Shown here: positions 21,280 to 33,025 of the stretch, piece after piece
Layout of the letters: every line of letters starts with the position of its first letter
Numbering within the stretch: the first letter of the stretch is position 1
Source of the DNA: Takakia lepidozioides
Lineage: Eukaryota; Plantae; Bryophyta
Assembly (NCBI GenBank): GCA_030704615.1
Contig: CM060734.1
Location: 12,152,001 to 12,216,000 of the forward strand
Reading direction: 5' to 3'
Length of the DNA stretch: 64,000 bases
Made by a program: the position numbers and the translations under genes
Notes under the pieces: generated by a model
Told to the model about the DNA's origin: nothing
What the model saw: only the letters and a program-made list of their open reading frames with translations
Database searches by the model: none

Positions 21280-24200
21280 AATCTAACAGGCATTCAGCTT
21301 TTTGCCTCGGTTGTCCCACCATTGACTGGGTCAGAAAAGTATTCATTCCACAACTTCTCCTCATCTCAGTTACACGGTTTTGGATACTTTCCTGCTGTCA
21401 CTTTGGCAGTATCATATCAAAGTCAAGTTCCAAACTATCAAAGGTTCACTCAACCAGCTAACTTGTAGAATTCAACATGAAAATATTTTAGGGCCGATTC
21501 TGATAAGAGGGGAAAACATGTGAAATGTGTCGAAGAAGGTAACTTCATTAGCAGTGCCTGATTTTATCAATTGTGTCGTTGTTGCTGCGGCTTCCAGTTG
21601 ACCATCTACCCATGCAGGTTTCTTGTAGCTATCCTTCCATAGGGAATGATAGGTAATCTGGAGCTTGAAATCCGGCCCTCTTGGATGAATCTGGACCCAC
21701 ACTCTATGCTGTTCCTTCAGCTATCCATGCCTCTGCACAAATCATGCATACATCTTGCCTTGTTGCTAGCAGCTAATAATGACAGCCTAGAACTCTTCCC
21801 GCAAACACCCCAACCATACTTATCACACGAGTTCCTATGCTGACTTGCATTCACCTTTTTGCCTTGATTGTTCAACCATTGACTTGGGTCGGAAACATGT
21901 TCATTTTGGAGCTTCTCCTCGTCTCTGTTATCTGTTTTTCGATACTTTCCTGTTGCCACATTGGCAGTATCATGTCAAAATCACTCCAAAACTACCATAG
22001 ATCCACCAACAAGCTAACTTACAGAATTCAACTTGAAAATTTAGGGACGACTTTGATAACAGGGAAAACAGGATGAAATGTGTTGAAGAAGGTGCCTTCG
22101 TTAGCGGTGCCTGGTTCTATCAATTGTGTTGCTGCCGCTGCTGTTTCCAGTTGACCATCTACCCATGGAGGTTTCTTGTAGCTATTTATCCACGGGGAAT
22201 CAGAAGTAATCTTGTGTTTGAAATCGGGCCCTCTTGGATGAATCTGGACCCACACTCTATCCCTGGTCCTTCGGCTATCCTTGCATGTATACAAACCAGG
22301 CATACATCCTTGCCTTGGTGCTAGCAGCTGACACTGACGGTGTGGAGTTCTTCCAGAAAACACCCCAACCCTACTTATCACACTAGTTCCAAATCTGAAA
22401 TGCCTCTGCTTCTCTTTGTAATCCAATAGGCATTCACCTTTTCTAGAGCTGCTAGGCTTGCACACGCATTGCAAACACAAACAAACGTAATGTGGTTGGG
22501 CTTCACCCCTTCCTGCATCATTTTGCTCGTATGTCTCCAAAGCCTCCATCCCGCAACCCTGCTATGCATGTCCTGCGATCATTGCATTCCACAACACCAC
22601 ATCACATTCAGCCATAATGTCAAACACCCCCCTTTGCATCTTCAATACTCCCACATTTGGCATACATATCCAGCAAGGCAGTGTTCAGAATGACATTTGG
22701 TACAATTCCAGCTTTGACAATGTCACCATGGACCTCTTTGCCATTTTCCGGGGCTACCAGGCTGGCACATGCATTGCAAATGCCATCTGATTGGGCTTTA
22801 CCCCTTCCTACATCATTTGCTCATAGGTCTCCAAAGCCTCCATCCCACGATCCTGCTGTGCATATCCTGCGATCATCGCGCTTCACGACACCACATCACG
22901 TTCAGCCATTTTGTCGAACACTGCCTTTGCATCTTCAATGCACCCAAATTTGGCATACATGTCCACCAGGGCAGTGTTCAGAATGACATCTGGTACAATT
23001 CTAGCTTTGACGATGTCAGCATGGACCTCTTTGCCATTTTCCAGGGCTGCCAGGCTCGCACACGCATTGCAAACGCAAACAAATGTAATGCGGTCGGGCT
23101 TCCCCCCTTCGCACATCATTTGCTCATAGGTCTCCAAAGCATTCATACCACACCCATTCTTGGTAAATCCTGCCAACATTATATTCCACGTGATCAAAGA
23201 TCGTTAAGGGATTCTGTTGAACACTTGGTGAGCATAGATGTACACCAGGGGAATGTTCAGAATGACATGTGGTACAATTCCAGCTTTGATAATGTCAACC
23301 ATGAACCTCTTTGACCATTCCCAGGGCTGCTAGGCTTGCATATGCATATTATAAACACAAATGAACATGACCTGGTCTGGCTTCATCCCTTCCCACATCA
23401 TTTGCTCTTAGGTTTCCAAAGCCTTAATAATCCCATACCCATGCTGCACATACCTTCAATCATGGCACTCCAAAACACCACATCTCGTTCAGCCATATTG
23501 TCAAACTCTCCCTCCGCATCAGGCTTGCTGCACCCACATTTGGCATACATGTCCACCAGGGCAATGTTCAGAATGACATCTGGTACAAATCCAGCTTTGA
23601 TGATGTCACCATGGACCTCTTTCCCTCCAGAGCTCCCATGGTTGCACACGCATTGCAAACACAAACACACGTGATGTGGTTGGGCTTCACCCCTTCGCGC
23701 AGCAGTTGCTCATAGGTCTCCAAAGCATTCCTACCACACCCATGCTTGGTAACTCCTGCCAGCATTATATTATATGGAGACAAGGGTGTTGAGTAGAAAA
23801 ACATTTGGCGTGCATCCACTTTGGATAATGTGAGTGTGCACATGCTTTAATCCAGCGTCCAGACCTTCCATCTTGATGCACTTAAGCAAGGGACAGACAT
23901 GCGTACCTGAATCTGCTGAAATGCCTCATTGGTTTGAAGTATGTAGAGCCTATGTCAGTCTGTTTGCCGCAAAACATCTTCACATGCCCAGAAGTGCCAG
24001 AAGAGGCATTGTGGACTCCCTCTCTTGATCCTCTTTCAGAAGCTGTGGTCATGGTTGAGGTGCCTGGTTTTATGAACTGTGCCACTGCAGCTACAGCCTT
24101 TAGTTGACCATCTACCCATGCAGGTTTCTTGTAGCTATTGATCCACAGGGAATCACATCTGGTATAATTCCAGCTTTGGCGATGCAACCACGCACCTCTT

Positions 24201-26500
24201 TGCCCTTTTCCAGGGCTGCCAGGCTTGCACACGCACTGCAAACGCACACAAACCTGATGTGGTCGGGCTTCACCCTTCCCCAATCATTTGCTCATAGGTC
24301 TCCAAAGCCTTCATCACGTGCCTTTGTTGTGCATACCCTGCAAGCATTGCATTCCATGACATCACATCTCGTTCAGCCAGAGTGTGGAAAACTCCCTTCC
24401 CATCCTGAGTGCACCCACATTTGGCAAACATGTCCACCAGGGCAGTGTTCAGGATGACATCTGGTACAATGTCACCATGGACCTCTTTCCCCTTTCCCAG
24501 AGCTCCCAGGCTTGCACACACATTGCAAACACAAATAAATGTGATGTGGTTGGGCTTCACCCCTTCGCACATCATTTGCTCATAGTTCTCAAAAGCCTCC
24601 ATCCCACACCCTTGCTGTGCATATCCTGCAATCATCACACTCTAAGACACCCACGTCTTGTTCAACCATACTGTCAAACACTCCCTTCATACATGTCCAC
24701 GAGGGTTTGTGGCAGCAGGAAAGTATCCAAAAACAGATAACATAGCTGAGGAGAAGCTCGTTGGTGGATCTATGGTGGTTTTGGAGTGATTTTGACATGT
24801 TGCTGTAGGTAGGGTTAGGGCGTCAGTGTTAGCTGCTTCAGCTGCTAGCTGCAGCAAGGCTGAGGATGTATTCACGATTTGTACACAAGCATGGATAGAT
24901 TGTGGGTCCACATTCATCCAAGAGGCCCGGATTTCAAGCTCCAGATTACCTATCATTCTATGTGGAGGATAGCTACAAGAAACAGATGGTCAACTGGAAG
25001 CCCCCGCAGCAGCGGCACAATGGATAAAATCAGGCACTACTAACGAAGGCACCTTCTTCAACACATTTCACCCTGTTTTTCCTTCTTATCAGAATTGGCC
25101 CTAAATTTCCATGTTGAATTCTGCAAGTTAGCTGGTTGAGTGAATCTTGTTTGGAGTGACTTTGATATGATACTACCAATGTGACAGCATGAAAGTATCC
25201 AAAAATAGGTAACAGATATGAGGAGAAGTTGTGGGATGAATAATCTTCTGACCCCAGTAAATGGTGGGACAACCGAGGCAAAAAGGTGAATGCTTGTCAG
25301 ATTACAGAGAGTAGCAGATGCAATTGACCATAGGAACTAGTGTGATTAGTTGAGTTGGGTGCAATTGTACTCTCTGTTTCCTCTCTGCTTCTGTTTGCTA
25401 TTCAAAGGTAGGATTCCTGCCCTAAGTTTAAATTTCAGTCTAGTGCCGAGAGTGGGTAGACCCTTGAGGTCATCCATGATGTCCTCCCCCATGTCACAAA
25501 CTGGAAACAAGTCCAGGGAAGTTTTCTACCTAACTTCATTTTCATCAGATAATTTTCTGGAAACAGACATGGCTTTGGACACTACAACCTCTAAGTCAGT
25601 AGGGTTGGGGTGTTTGCTGGAACAATTCTAGGCTGTCATTGTCAGCTGCTAGCAGCAAGGCAAGGATGTGGGCATGATTTGTGCAGAGGCCTGGATAGCT
25701 GAAGGAGCAGGGATAGAGTGTGAAGATGCTTTGTGAGGCACGCAGACTGACAGAGGCTCTACAGACTTTAAACCAACGAGGCATTTCAGCAGATTCAAAT
25801 ACATATGTCTGTCTCTTGCTTAAGTGCATCAAGATCAAAGGTCTGGAAGCTGGAAACATTAGCACATGCAAAGAGGTTTGGTTGCATCACCAAAGCTGGA
25901 ATTGTACTAGATGTGATTCTGAACAATACTCTCGTGGGCATGACTGAAGGAGCAGGGATAGAGTGTGGGTGCAGATTCATCCAAGAGGCCCGGATTTCAA
26001 GCTCCAGATTACCTATGATTCCCTGTGGAAGGATAGCTACAAGAAACCTGCATGGGTAGATGGTCAACTGGAAGCTGCAGCAGCAGCACAATTGATAAAA
26101 TCAGGCACTGCTAATGAAGGCACCTTCTTCAACACATGAGACCCTATTTTTCCCTCTTATCAGAATCGGCCCTAAATTTCCATGTTGAATTTCTGCAAGT
26201 TAGCTGGTTGAGTGAATCTAGTTTGGAGTGACTTTGACATGATATTGCCAATGTGACAACAGGAAAGTATCCAAAAATAGGTAACAGAGATGAGGAGAAG
26301 TTGTGGAATGAATACTTTTCTGACCCTAGTCAATGGTGGGACAATCGAGGCAAAAAGGTGTATGCCTGTCAATTACCAGATGTCATTCTGAACACTGCCC
26401 TGGTGGACATGTATGCCAAATGTGGGTGAATCGAGGATACAAAGGGAGTGTTCAATACTATGGCTGAATGAGATGTGGTATCGTGGAGTGTGATGCTTGC
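21280..26500. pseudogene. Patchwork of PLS-class PPR gene fragments interleaved with R2 modules, both orientations
   Basis: Repeated ALVDMYAKCG..EDAK.VFD.MAERDVVSW.AM.AGYAQQG.G.EALETYEQM..EGVKP..ITFVCVCNACASLAALE.GKEVH at 22430-23990(-), 24150-24700(-), 25720-25940(+) and 26375-26500(+), with many frameshifts and stops. No E/DYW domain was seen. Confidence 0.9.
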
Positions 26501-26829
26501 AGCCACCGCGCTACCTGTCAGCAAGACAACTCCCAAACTCCAGTCCTTGACTGCCACAATGGGGTAAGGGTTCCCTACCTGTAATTTTCCATTTTGCACA
26601 CATCGAGTTTGTGTAATGGTCCTTAGACATATTCTTAGCGATGTTAGTTTGTTTCACATATGTCAATGTTGTGGTTGCTATGGTATTGCCTGAAAGCTTG
26701 CTCATGTATCTTTTGCCGTTTTTGGGCTGGATGGCAGTTGAAGGTGGGTGACCAAGTCCGGCCAAGCCAGTGTATGCATCTTCTGCTCAGGCATTTGGAA
26801 GTCTACTTGGACTTTGCAGCTTTGTGCAT

Positions 26830-27603
26830 TTTTGTAGCGGCACCGGATTAGATTATGGAACGGATCTCTAAACATTAAGTCACGTTGTATTTGAATTGAT
26901 GTTCCAATTTCAAATGTGCTTTCATGTTTCAGTGGTGTTTTCGTGTGTTTTCAATGGTGATTTCATGTTTCAATGCTGATAGAGTCAGGCCCATGACTAC
27001 GGTCATGTACACGACTACCTCCCATCCACAGAGCCTCCGCCACGTGCCACTTTCACCCCTCGTGTTCGCCTATACTCGTGCCACGTGCAGTATCTAGAGT
27101 GCGCCATGGAAGTCATATGTTCCAGTCATAACGACCACCCCACCCCCATCCTGCATAATTTGACTCCACGTGTGGACCTAGGATTAAACGTCCGAAGTCA
27201 TATATGCCAGTCACGAAAGACCCTCCCGCTCCATATTGTCATGCCACGTGTCATGTCCAGTCTAATCCACGTGTTATCCTGGGGTTAATCCGCGGAAGTC
27301 GTATATGCCAGTCGTGAAGACCCTGTTGCCTTCCCTTTGACATGACATGTGGCATATCCCTTCCGTTCCACGTGAAGCCGACATGGATTCGCAGTCATTT
27401 ATTATGGTCTTATCAATGACTATGATTAGGCGTCCCCGTTGCCACGTCAACAGTGAGCTCCACGACTGGCAGATATGACTCTATGGCGCTTACGACTCAT
27501 TTGTCACAACTGACTAGGTTTATCTGACTAGGCATTCATGCAGTCATAAAAGGCTGATACAACTAGAAAATAGCAGACGTAAAAGCCAGAATCTGTTGTA
27601 GTG
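26830..27603. mobile_element. Internal orphan CACTA right terminus with subterminal repeats
   Basis: Ends ..AATCTGTTGTAGTG (reverse complement CACTACAACAGATT) and is preceded by many ATGACT/AGTCAT/CCACGTG motifs. It abuts an R2 module. No matching left end with a TSD was found. Confidence 0.7.
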
Positions 27604-29241
27604 AGCCCTCTTGCATGAATCTGAATCCACATTCCATCCCTGCTCCTTCAGCTATTCCTGCCAAGAGAAAGAGAGAAGGAGGGCACGACAGGGAGAGGGT
27701 AGCCAGTGCTGTACTCATTGTTTGGGGGGGTGGCTGGCATGTTGCTCACGAGCTGAAGCAAGCAGGCTGCGCCGCCGCCGCAGCAGCTAGCCAGCCACCA
27801 GCAGAGAGCTCCCGCATTTGGTGAGTATTCAGCGATGCTCCCGCACTTAACATACATGTTGACGAGGCAGGCGTTGCATAAAAAAATGTCTGGGTTAAAT
27901 CAAGTTTGGATAAGGTGAATGTGCACCTGCCCACCAGCTTCCACGCTTTTTCATCTTTATGCTAAAATGTCTCATCGGTTTAATTAAAGGGGGCAGGGCA
28001 GCGAATCGACATATTACGTAGCTTTGTGCTTCAAATCCAGCTTTGCTCGACGAATCTGTACCCACACTCAACCCCTGCTCCTTCAGTTATCCATGCCAAG
28101 AGAGAGAGGGAGAGAGAGTGTAGGGCAGGGCAGGGCATGGAGAGGGAAATCCATAGGTTCATATGTCGTTCAGAGAATGAGTGAATTTTAAATAAAGCCA
28201 CTGTGAGGGCAACATGTGAGGGCAACATATATGTTATGCTGCCCCCCTTAGACTGTTTTGAGGAGCCTGATTTTGGGACTGTAGTGCAATTTTGTAAATC
28301 TGAGTGACACTTGTTTAAGACAATATCTTGTTACTCTACTGCTATCTTCAGTGCCTATGTAGTGTCCTTTGCACTTTGTCAAACTGTTGTTTGAGGAGCT
28401 AGATTTTGGGACTCCTGTGCTATTTTGTAAATTTGACTGGCAGTTGTTTAAGACAAGGTCTTTTTATATCTTAAGTTCCTATGTTATGTCCTTTGCACTT
28501 TCTCACTTTGTTCTTTCTTGTGATTCCTTGCCTGTGAATGAAGCATTGATTTGTTCTAGTATAGGTAGTAAGCTGCAATAGGTAGAATCACTATAGCAGT
28601 AGAAGTATAGATTACAGAAAGACATGTGCATGACTAGGGTTCTACTATAGGTAGTAAGCAATATCACTTTAACATCACTAAACAACCTTCAATCATGCAT
28701 TGACACATGTCATATCCAACATAAAACACCTGGCAACGAGCTCCTATAAGCATAGTCGTGGTTCTGACTGTTATATACATTTAACAAACCCCTCATATGA
28801 TGCCACGTGTCCACATATCAGGATGTTTGTAGTCACGACAATGACTGCAAGACCTCCTCATTATATGCCACGTGTCCAGATATTAGCATGTTTGTAGTCA
28901 GGATAATGACTGTAGGACCTCCTCATGGATATGCCACGTGGCAGTTTCTGGAGACGTCATATGGCGCACATCCACAAAACCTCCTGGACTTATTAAAAAA
29001 AGACACGTGTACATTTTGCAGCAGCACACTAAGTCATGTATGGTAGAAATACATATGACTGCCAAATGACAGTGAGATGTATCACTTGGTATCATCTGAC
29101 TACAGTCATCCATGACCGACCATCCTGTACTCATTGTATTCACTTGGTTTGCACGACTTGCAGCTAGCGCAGTCATATGTACGATTTATGACTACGGGAT
29201 AGTCATATATACAGTCATATATACCGCGATTTGTTGTAGTG

Positions 29242-30476
29242 GCAGAACTCCAGAATGCTAGTTTTCTTTTATATTTTGCAAGTACTTCTCTCATCCTGCT
29301 TTGCTGCATCATGTTTAAACCCACCTAGTGGCCTAGCAGAGTGTGAGTTTCCCCTTCTTGGAGCCACCTCAAGCCAATGTCAGCACCCCAGGATTGACAG
29401 TGTGCAGCACTTGTACCATTTTGCAGCACAGAATGCCAATAGACTTTTTCCAGTTGACCTTTAACACGGAACCTAGGCAAAAGGTATGCAGGGCATGGAG
29501 TGCCCTATCAATGTTGCTCCGAGTGGAATTGTCAGTAGCAAAACAATGTCGTCTGCGTACATTGATAGTTTGAACATCTCTGGTATGAATGTTGGCAACT
29601 GCAGCGCAATAATGTCCACTCTGTGGTCAACTAGGTGTCCCAGCGAGTCTGCTGCTATTAGAAAGAAAAATGGAGCTAGGGGACAGCCCTGTCTCATATA
29701 TCTGGATATGGGAAAGCTCTTGGATACCACGCCATTCATCATTACTCTGCTCAAAGCAGAATGCAACAGGATGTGAACCCAAGATAGAAAAGGACCCCCA
29801 AGCCCTGTTTTCTCCAAAGCCCCCATCAGAAATGTCGAGTCTAGGGAATCAAATGCCTTCAAAAATCTAGAATTAGGAATGCCAAAGGTTGATTGTTCAC
29901 TTGTGCTCTGTGTAGGGCCTCATGTGCCAGCAAGATGTTGTCAAGAATCATACAATCCTTGAGAAATCCAGTTTGATCATGTCTGATTATCTTTAGCAAA
30001 AGAGGTTGCAACCTCAAAGCAAGGGCCTTTGCTATTATCTTGTAGGTGGAATTCAGCAATGTGATAGGGCGGTAGTTGGCCATTTCCTCCCTGTCTCCTT
30101 TCTTGAAAATCAGGGTGATCAGCCCCTCAGAAATCTGTGATGGCATAATTTTTTTCTCCAACATGTCATTGGCCATGAGCAGGTAATTGTCGCCAATAGT
30201 CTGCCACATTGCTTTGAATAGCTCTATTGGGAGCCCATCCAAGCCAGGCGGTTTCTGGGATGCCATTGAATCGACTGCCTTCCCCAATTCATCCATGGAG
30301 AATGGTTCACTCAAGGCTGTTTTGTCCCTTTGAGAGATTGGACAGGGAATGTGTTGTAATAGGGATGTTGTGGCACGGTCCTTTTGATCCGATGGCTATT
30401 GTTTTTTAAAAAGCTGCTTGAAATAGCCTGCAGCCACCGAGGCCATTATCTTGGGACTGTCCACTATGAGGCCCGA
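29242..30476 (-). pseudogene. LINE ORF2 reverse transcriptase domain (frameshifted)
   Basis: Motifs KPPGLDG, NYRPITLLNSTYKIIAK, DQTGFL, LDF/KAFD, MRQGCPLAPFFF and MYADD. Confidence 0.95.
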
Positions 30477-31070
30477 GGCAGAATCCCACAAAGCCAAACC
30501 TCTGCCAAGCATGTCTGGACAGATTCTATTGTACAGCCACTCTCATGTCCTGGTCTAGAGAATTCCACTCCAGCCCATATAGCCTGGCTTGATCACGCCT
30601 CGGTCCACATTATGCTAAACACTCATGGCTCCAGGGTGAAGGGCAGGGGTTTCTTTAAATTGAACCCTTCATTTCTCAAGGATCCGCTGGTGATTCAAAC
30701 TCTTCAGGAGACATGGGCTGCTGCGGATGTACCCTTCACTTCCCCAACCTTGCTCTTCCTGGTAAAACTTGGAATTCTCAGAGACAGATGTCAGGAAATC
30801 TCCAAAAAAAATGCAGAAGATAACAATAGAGGGCAGCAAGCTTTGACGAAGTGCCTGGAGGTTTTCCAGTTTCAATTGCAGACTGGGCATGAGGGTCCCC
30901 AGACAATGCTTTCATATAAAACTGCCAAGAGGAATCTGTCCTTGCTTTTACACGCCAAAGAAGAGTTCATGAGGATCAAGGTAGGAGAGAACTGGTCACT
31001 CAAAGGTGAAAATTAGATGAACAAATATTTCTTCATCAAAACAGCTCAAAGACATTCTGCAACCCTAGTA
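30477..31070 (+). pseudogene. Inverted internal segment of the same LINE ORF2 (end of endonuclease plus tether)
   Basis: The plus strand reads LDRFY..DH..FFKLNPSFLKD...W...ENWSLKGEN*MNKYFF. This is the region expected between EN and RT, but on the opposite strand. Confidence 0.85.
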
Positions 31071-31129
31071 GGGAGTGGGGTTTTGTTTGTTTGTTTCTTG
31101 TTGTTTCTTCCCATTATGAGGCGCCATTG

Positions 31130-31400
31130 AGGCCCGCTCAAGCACCAGATGAACTTTAACTCTCCATGTCTTGGGGCTGTAACATCCAATAAGCCCACAG
31201 CCCATGCACAGTGTGTCCTAGGAATTCTTTTCTGCTAAGGATAGACCATGAGCAGACTGCCCTAGTCTGTCCGCATCTTCCTCCACCATGTTGAAATCTC
31301 TTCCCATTATCCAGTGTTGGATATGTGTGTGTTGCAATAGCTTGTCCCTAATTTGATCCCAGAGACCAACCCTCTCATCTTCCCCATTCGGGGCATAAAT
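31130..31400 (-). pseudogene. LINE APE endonuclease, part downstream of the gypsy insertion
   Basis: Reads IYAPNGEDERVGLWDQI...WIMGRDFNMVE and joins ..GVLNIY from 38367. Confidence 0.9.
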
Positions 31401-33025
31401 TGTCGCACACCTCAGTTCGGTAAACTCCCCTTCAAGTCATAGTTACTCGCTTTGATGCGCGCGCCTGACTCCCAACCTGGCCGCCGGGCCAACTTGGAGT
31501 TTCGGCTGCTCACCGGGACATAACGGTCCCCTTCCGCTTCCCTCTAAACCCTCCACCTATTTGGGACTAGGAGAATTCCCTTTGGTAGATGGCAGTCCGG
31601 AAGAGCTCCCCACTCTTTGGTCGCTTTCCGGCTCGCTCGCTTACTCACTAGTTTTTGGTCACCAACGGGCTTGCACCGTTCTCGGGGTTACTACTCCCTA
31701 TATATACTTCTGTAGCTGTCCGCGGGGGTTTCATAACCAGCCATGCCATTTTATGGTGAACCACCACGAAAACCCTCGACTCCCGGTGGTGAGTCGCGGT
31801 GAGTCTTGGCCCACTCACCGCGGCCCCAATGGACCGTGATGAGTCCCAAGACTCCCCACGACTCCCACCTCGAGGTCTCCACCCCATGGTGAGTCCTATG
31901 CCACCCCCACTAAGTCCCACTAAGCTACCACCACCCCTTGTGGAGCCACCTCCACCGCAACCCGGTGTGCGGGGCTCCACCTAGTGAGCGCCTCCGCCTC
32001 CTTGAGTGCCTTGGGCACTCAAGGGTGCTTCAGCCCCCCATACCTATCGCTGCCGCTGCCCCCACCACAGGGGCAGCCCCTCATGTGTCCCGACCCCCTG
32101 CCCTCAAGGCAAAGGGCCGCGACACACACCCCTACCAACAGGGAGTCGATGTCCTCATCGACTTGTCCATTTTGTAGAAACGAACATCCAAGTTGTGGCG
32201 TCCCACATCAAGGAGTTTGTTTCCGTACCATGGCGTCCCATGGCAAAGAACCAAACCCCACACTTGACTCCACTCTCCACTAGCTAGTTCGGCCGATTTC
32301 CTCCAAGTCCCGGCCAAGGGTGGAGCCTCTCCAGCTCCTCCCAGTGCACTCTTCTTGGCCTACTTCAAGGCCAAGGAACGATCCTCCCCGAGGATCGAAT
32401 CGCCTTACTGCAACAACATTGCTTGCGATCGCTCATGATGCCGCTTTTGGCATCACCTTGAGCAAGGGTTCACCTGGAACCCTCTTTGACTAGGAAGATA
32501 ACCTTGAACCAACCGTGCGCCCCAATCACTACAATTGGGTCCGCCTTGGAATGCTGGCCTGAGGTACGGGAACACGCCGAAGCCGCACTACGACTTCGTC
32601 CCGAGGCTACACGATTATAGTACGTGAACGGAAGCACGTAGCTTCCGCGTTAGCCCGCACTACAAGGCAACCCCCTCGGTAGCGCAGTTATAGTACGCGC
32701 ACGCGCCAGGTGCGCACTAGCACTTGAACTCCCAAATAAGGCGCAAGTTTCCTTGCCCCTTGGATGGGAGTCACCCGATTTCGGCACTGCGCAAACACAC
32801 GATTAACCCAATTTACCTCTCCCACTTTTGTAAGCTAGCATGCATTCTACACACCAGCCAACCACACCATGCATCTCCAAACACAATAGGACGCACAATA
32901 TTTGGAACCCATTTCCTTTATCACAAATTTTTGTACAATACAAGTTTTTGCAATCGGATTCCTGAGCTAGATAAACCGGGCTAAGCATGCATTTCCTCCC
33001 CCACGCTCCAAGGTTGATGTCCCCA

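Larger units (their letters stand above)
3646..29241. mobile_element. 25.6-kb non-autonomous CACTA (Pack-CACTA) with gene-fragment cargo and nested retroelements
   Basis: Left end CACTACAACAGATCGCGGTATATCTGACT; right end (reverse complement) CACTACAACAAATCGCGGTATATATGACT, 27/29 identical. 3-bp TSD GCA at 3643-3645 and 29242-29244. TGACT/AGTCA and CCACGTG subterminal repeats at ~3646-3930 and ~28620-29241. The flanking LINE reading frame rejoins across it. No transposase ORF is visible. Confidence 0.9.

Noticed and set aside
20386-21468. Short ORFs in chromovirus LTRs and 3'UTR (also 31561-32317 and 37803-38454), and in U1/U2
   Set aside because: They recur only because the DNA is repeated. 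They have no protein motifs and look like GC-rich chance ORFs.
21280-26500. Functional PPR gene
   Set aside because: Frequent stops and frameshifts, mixed orientations, interleaved repeats and no E/DYW end.
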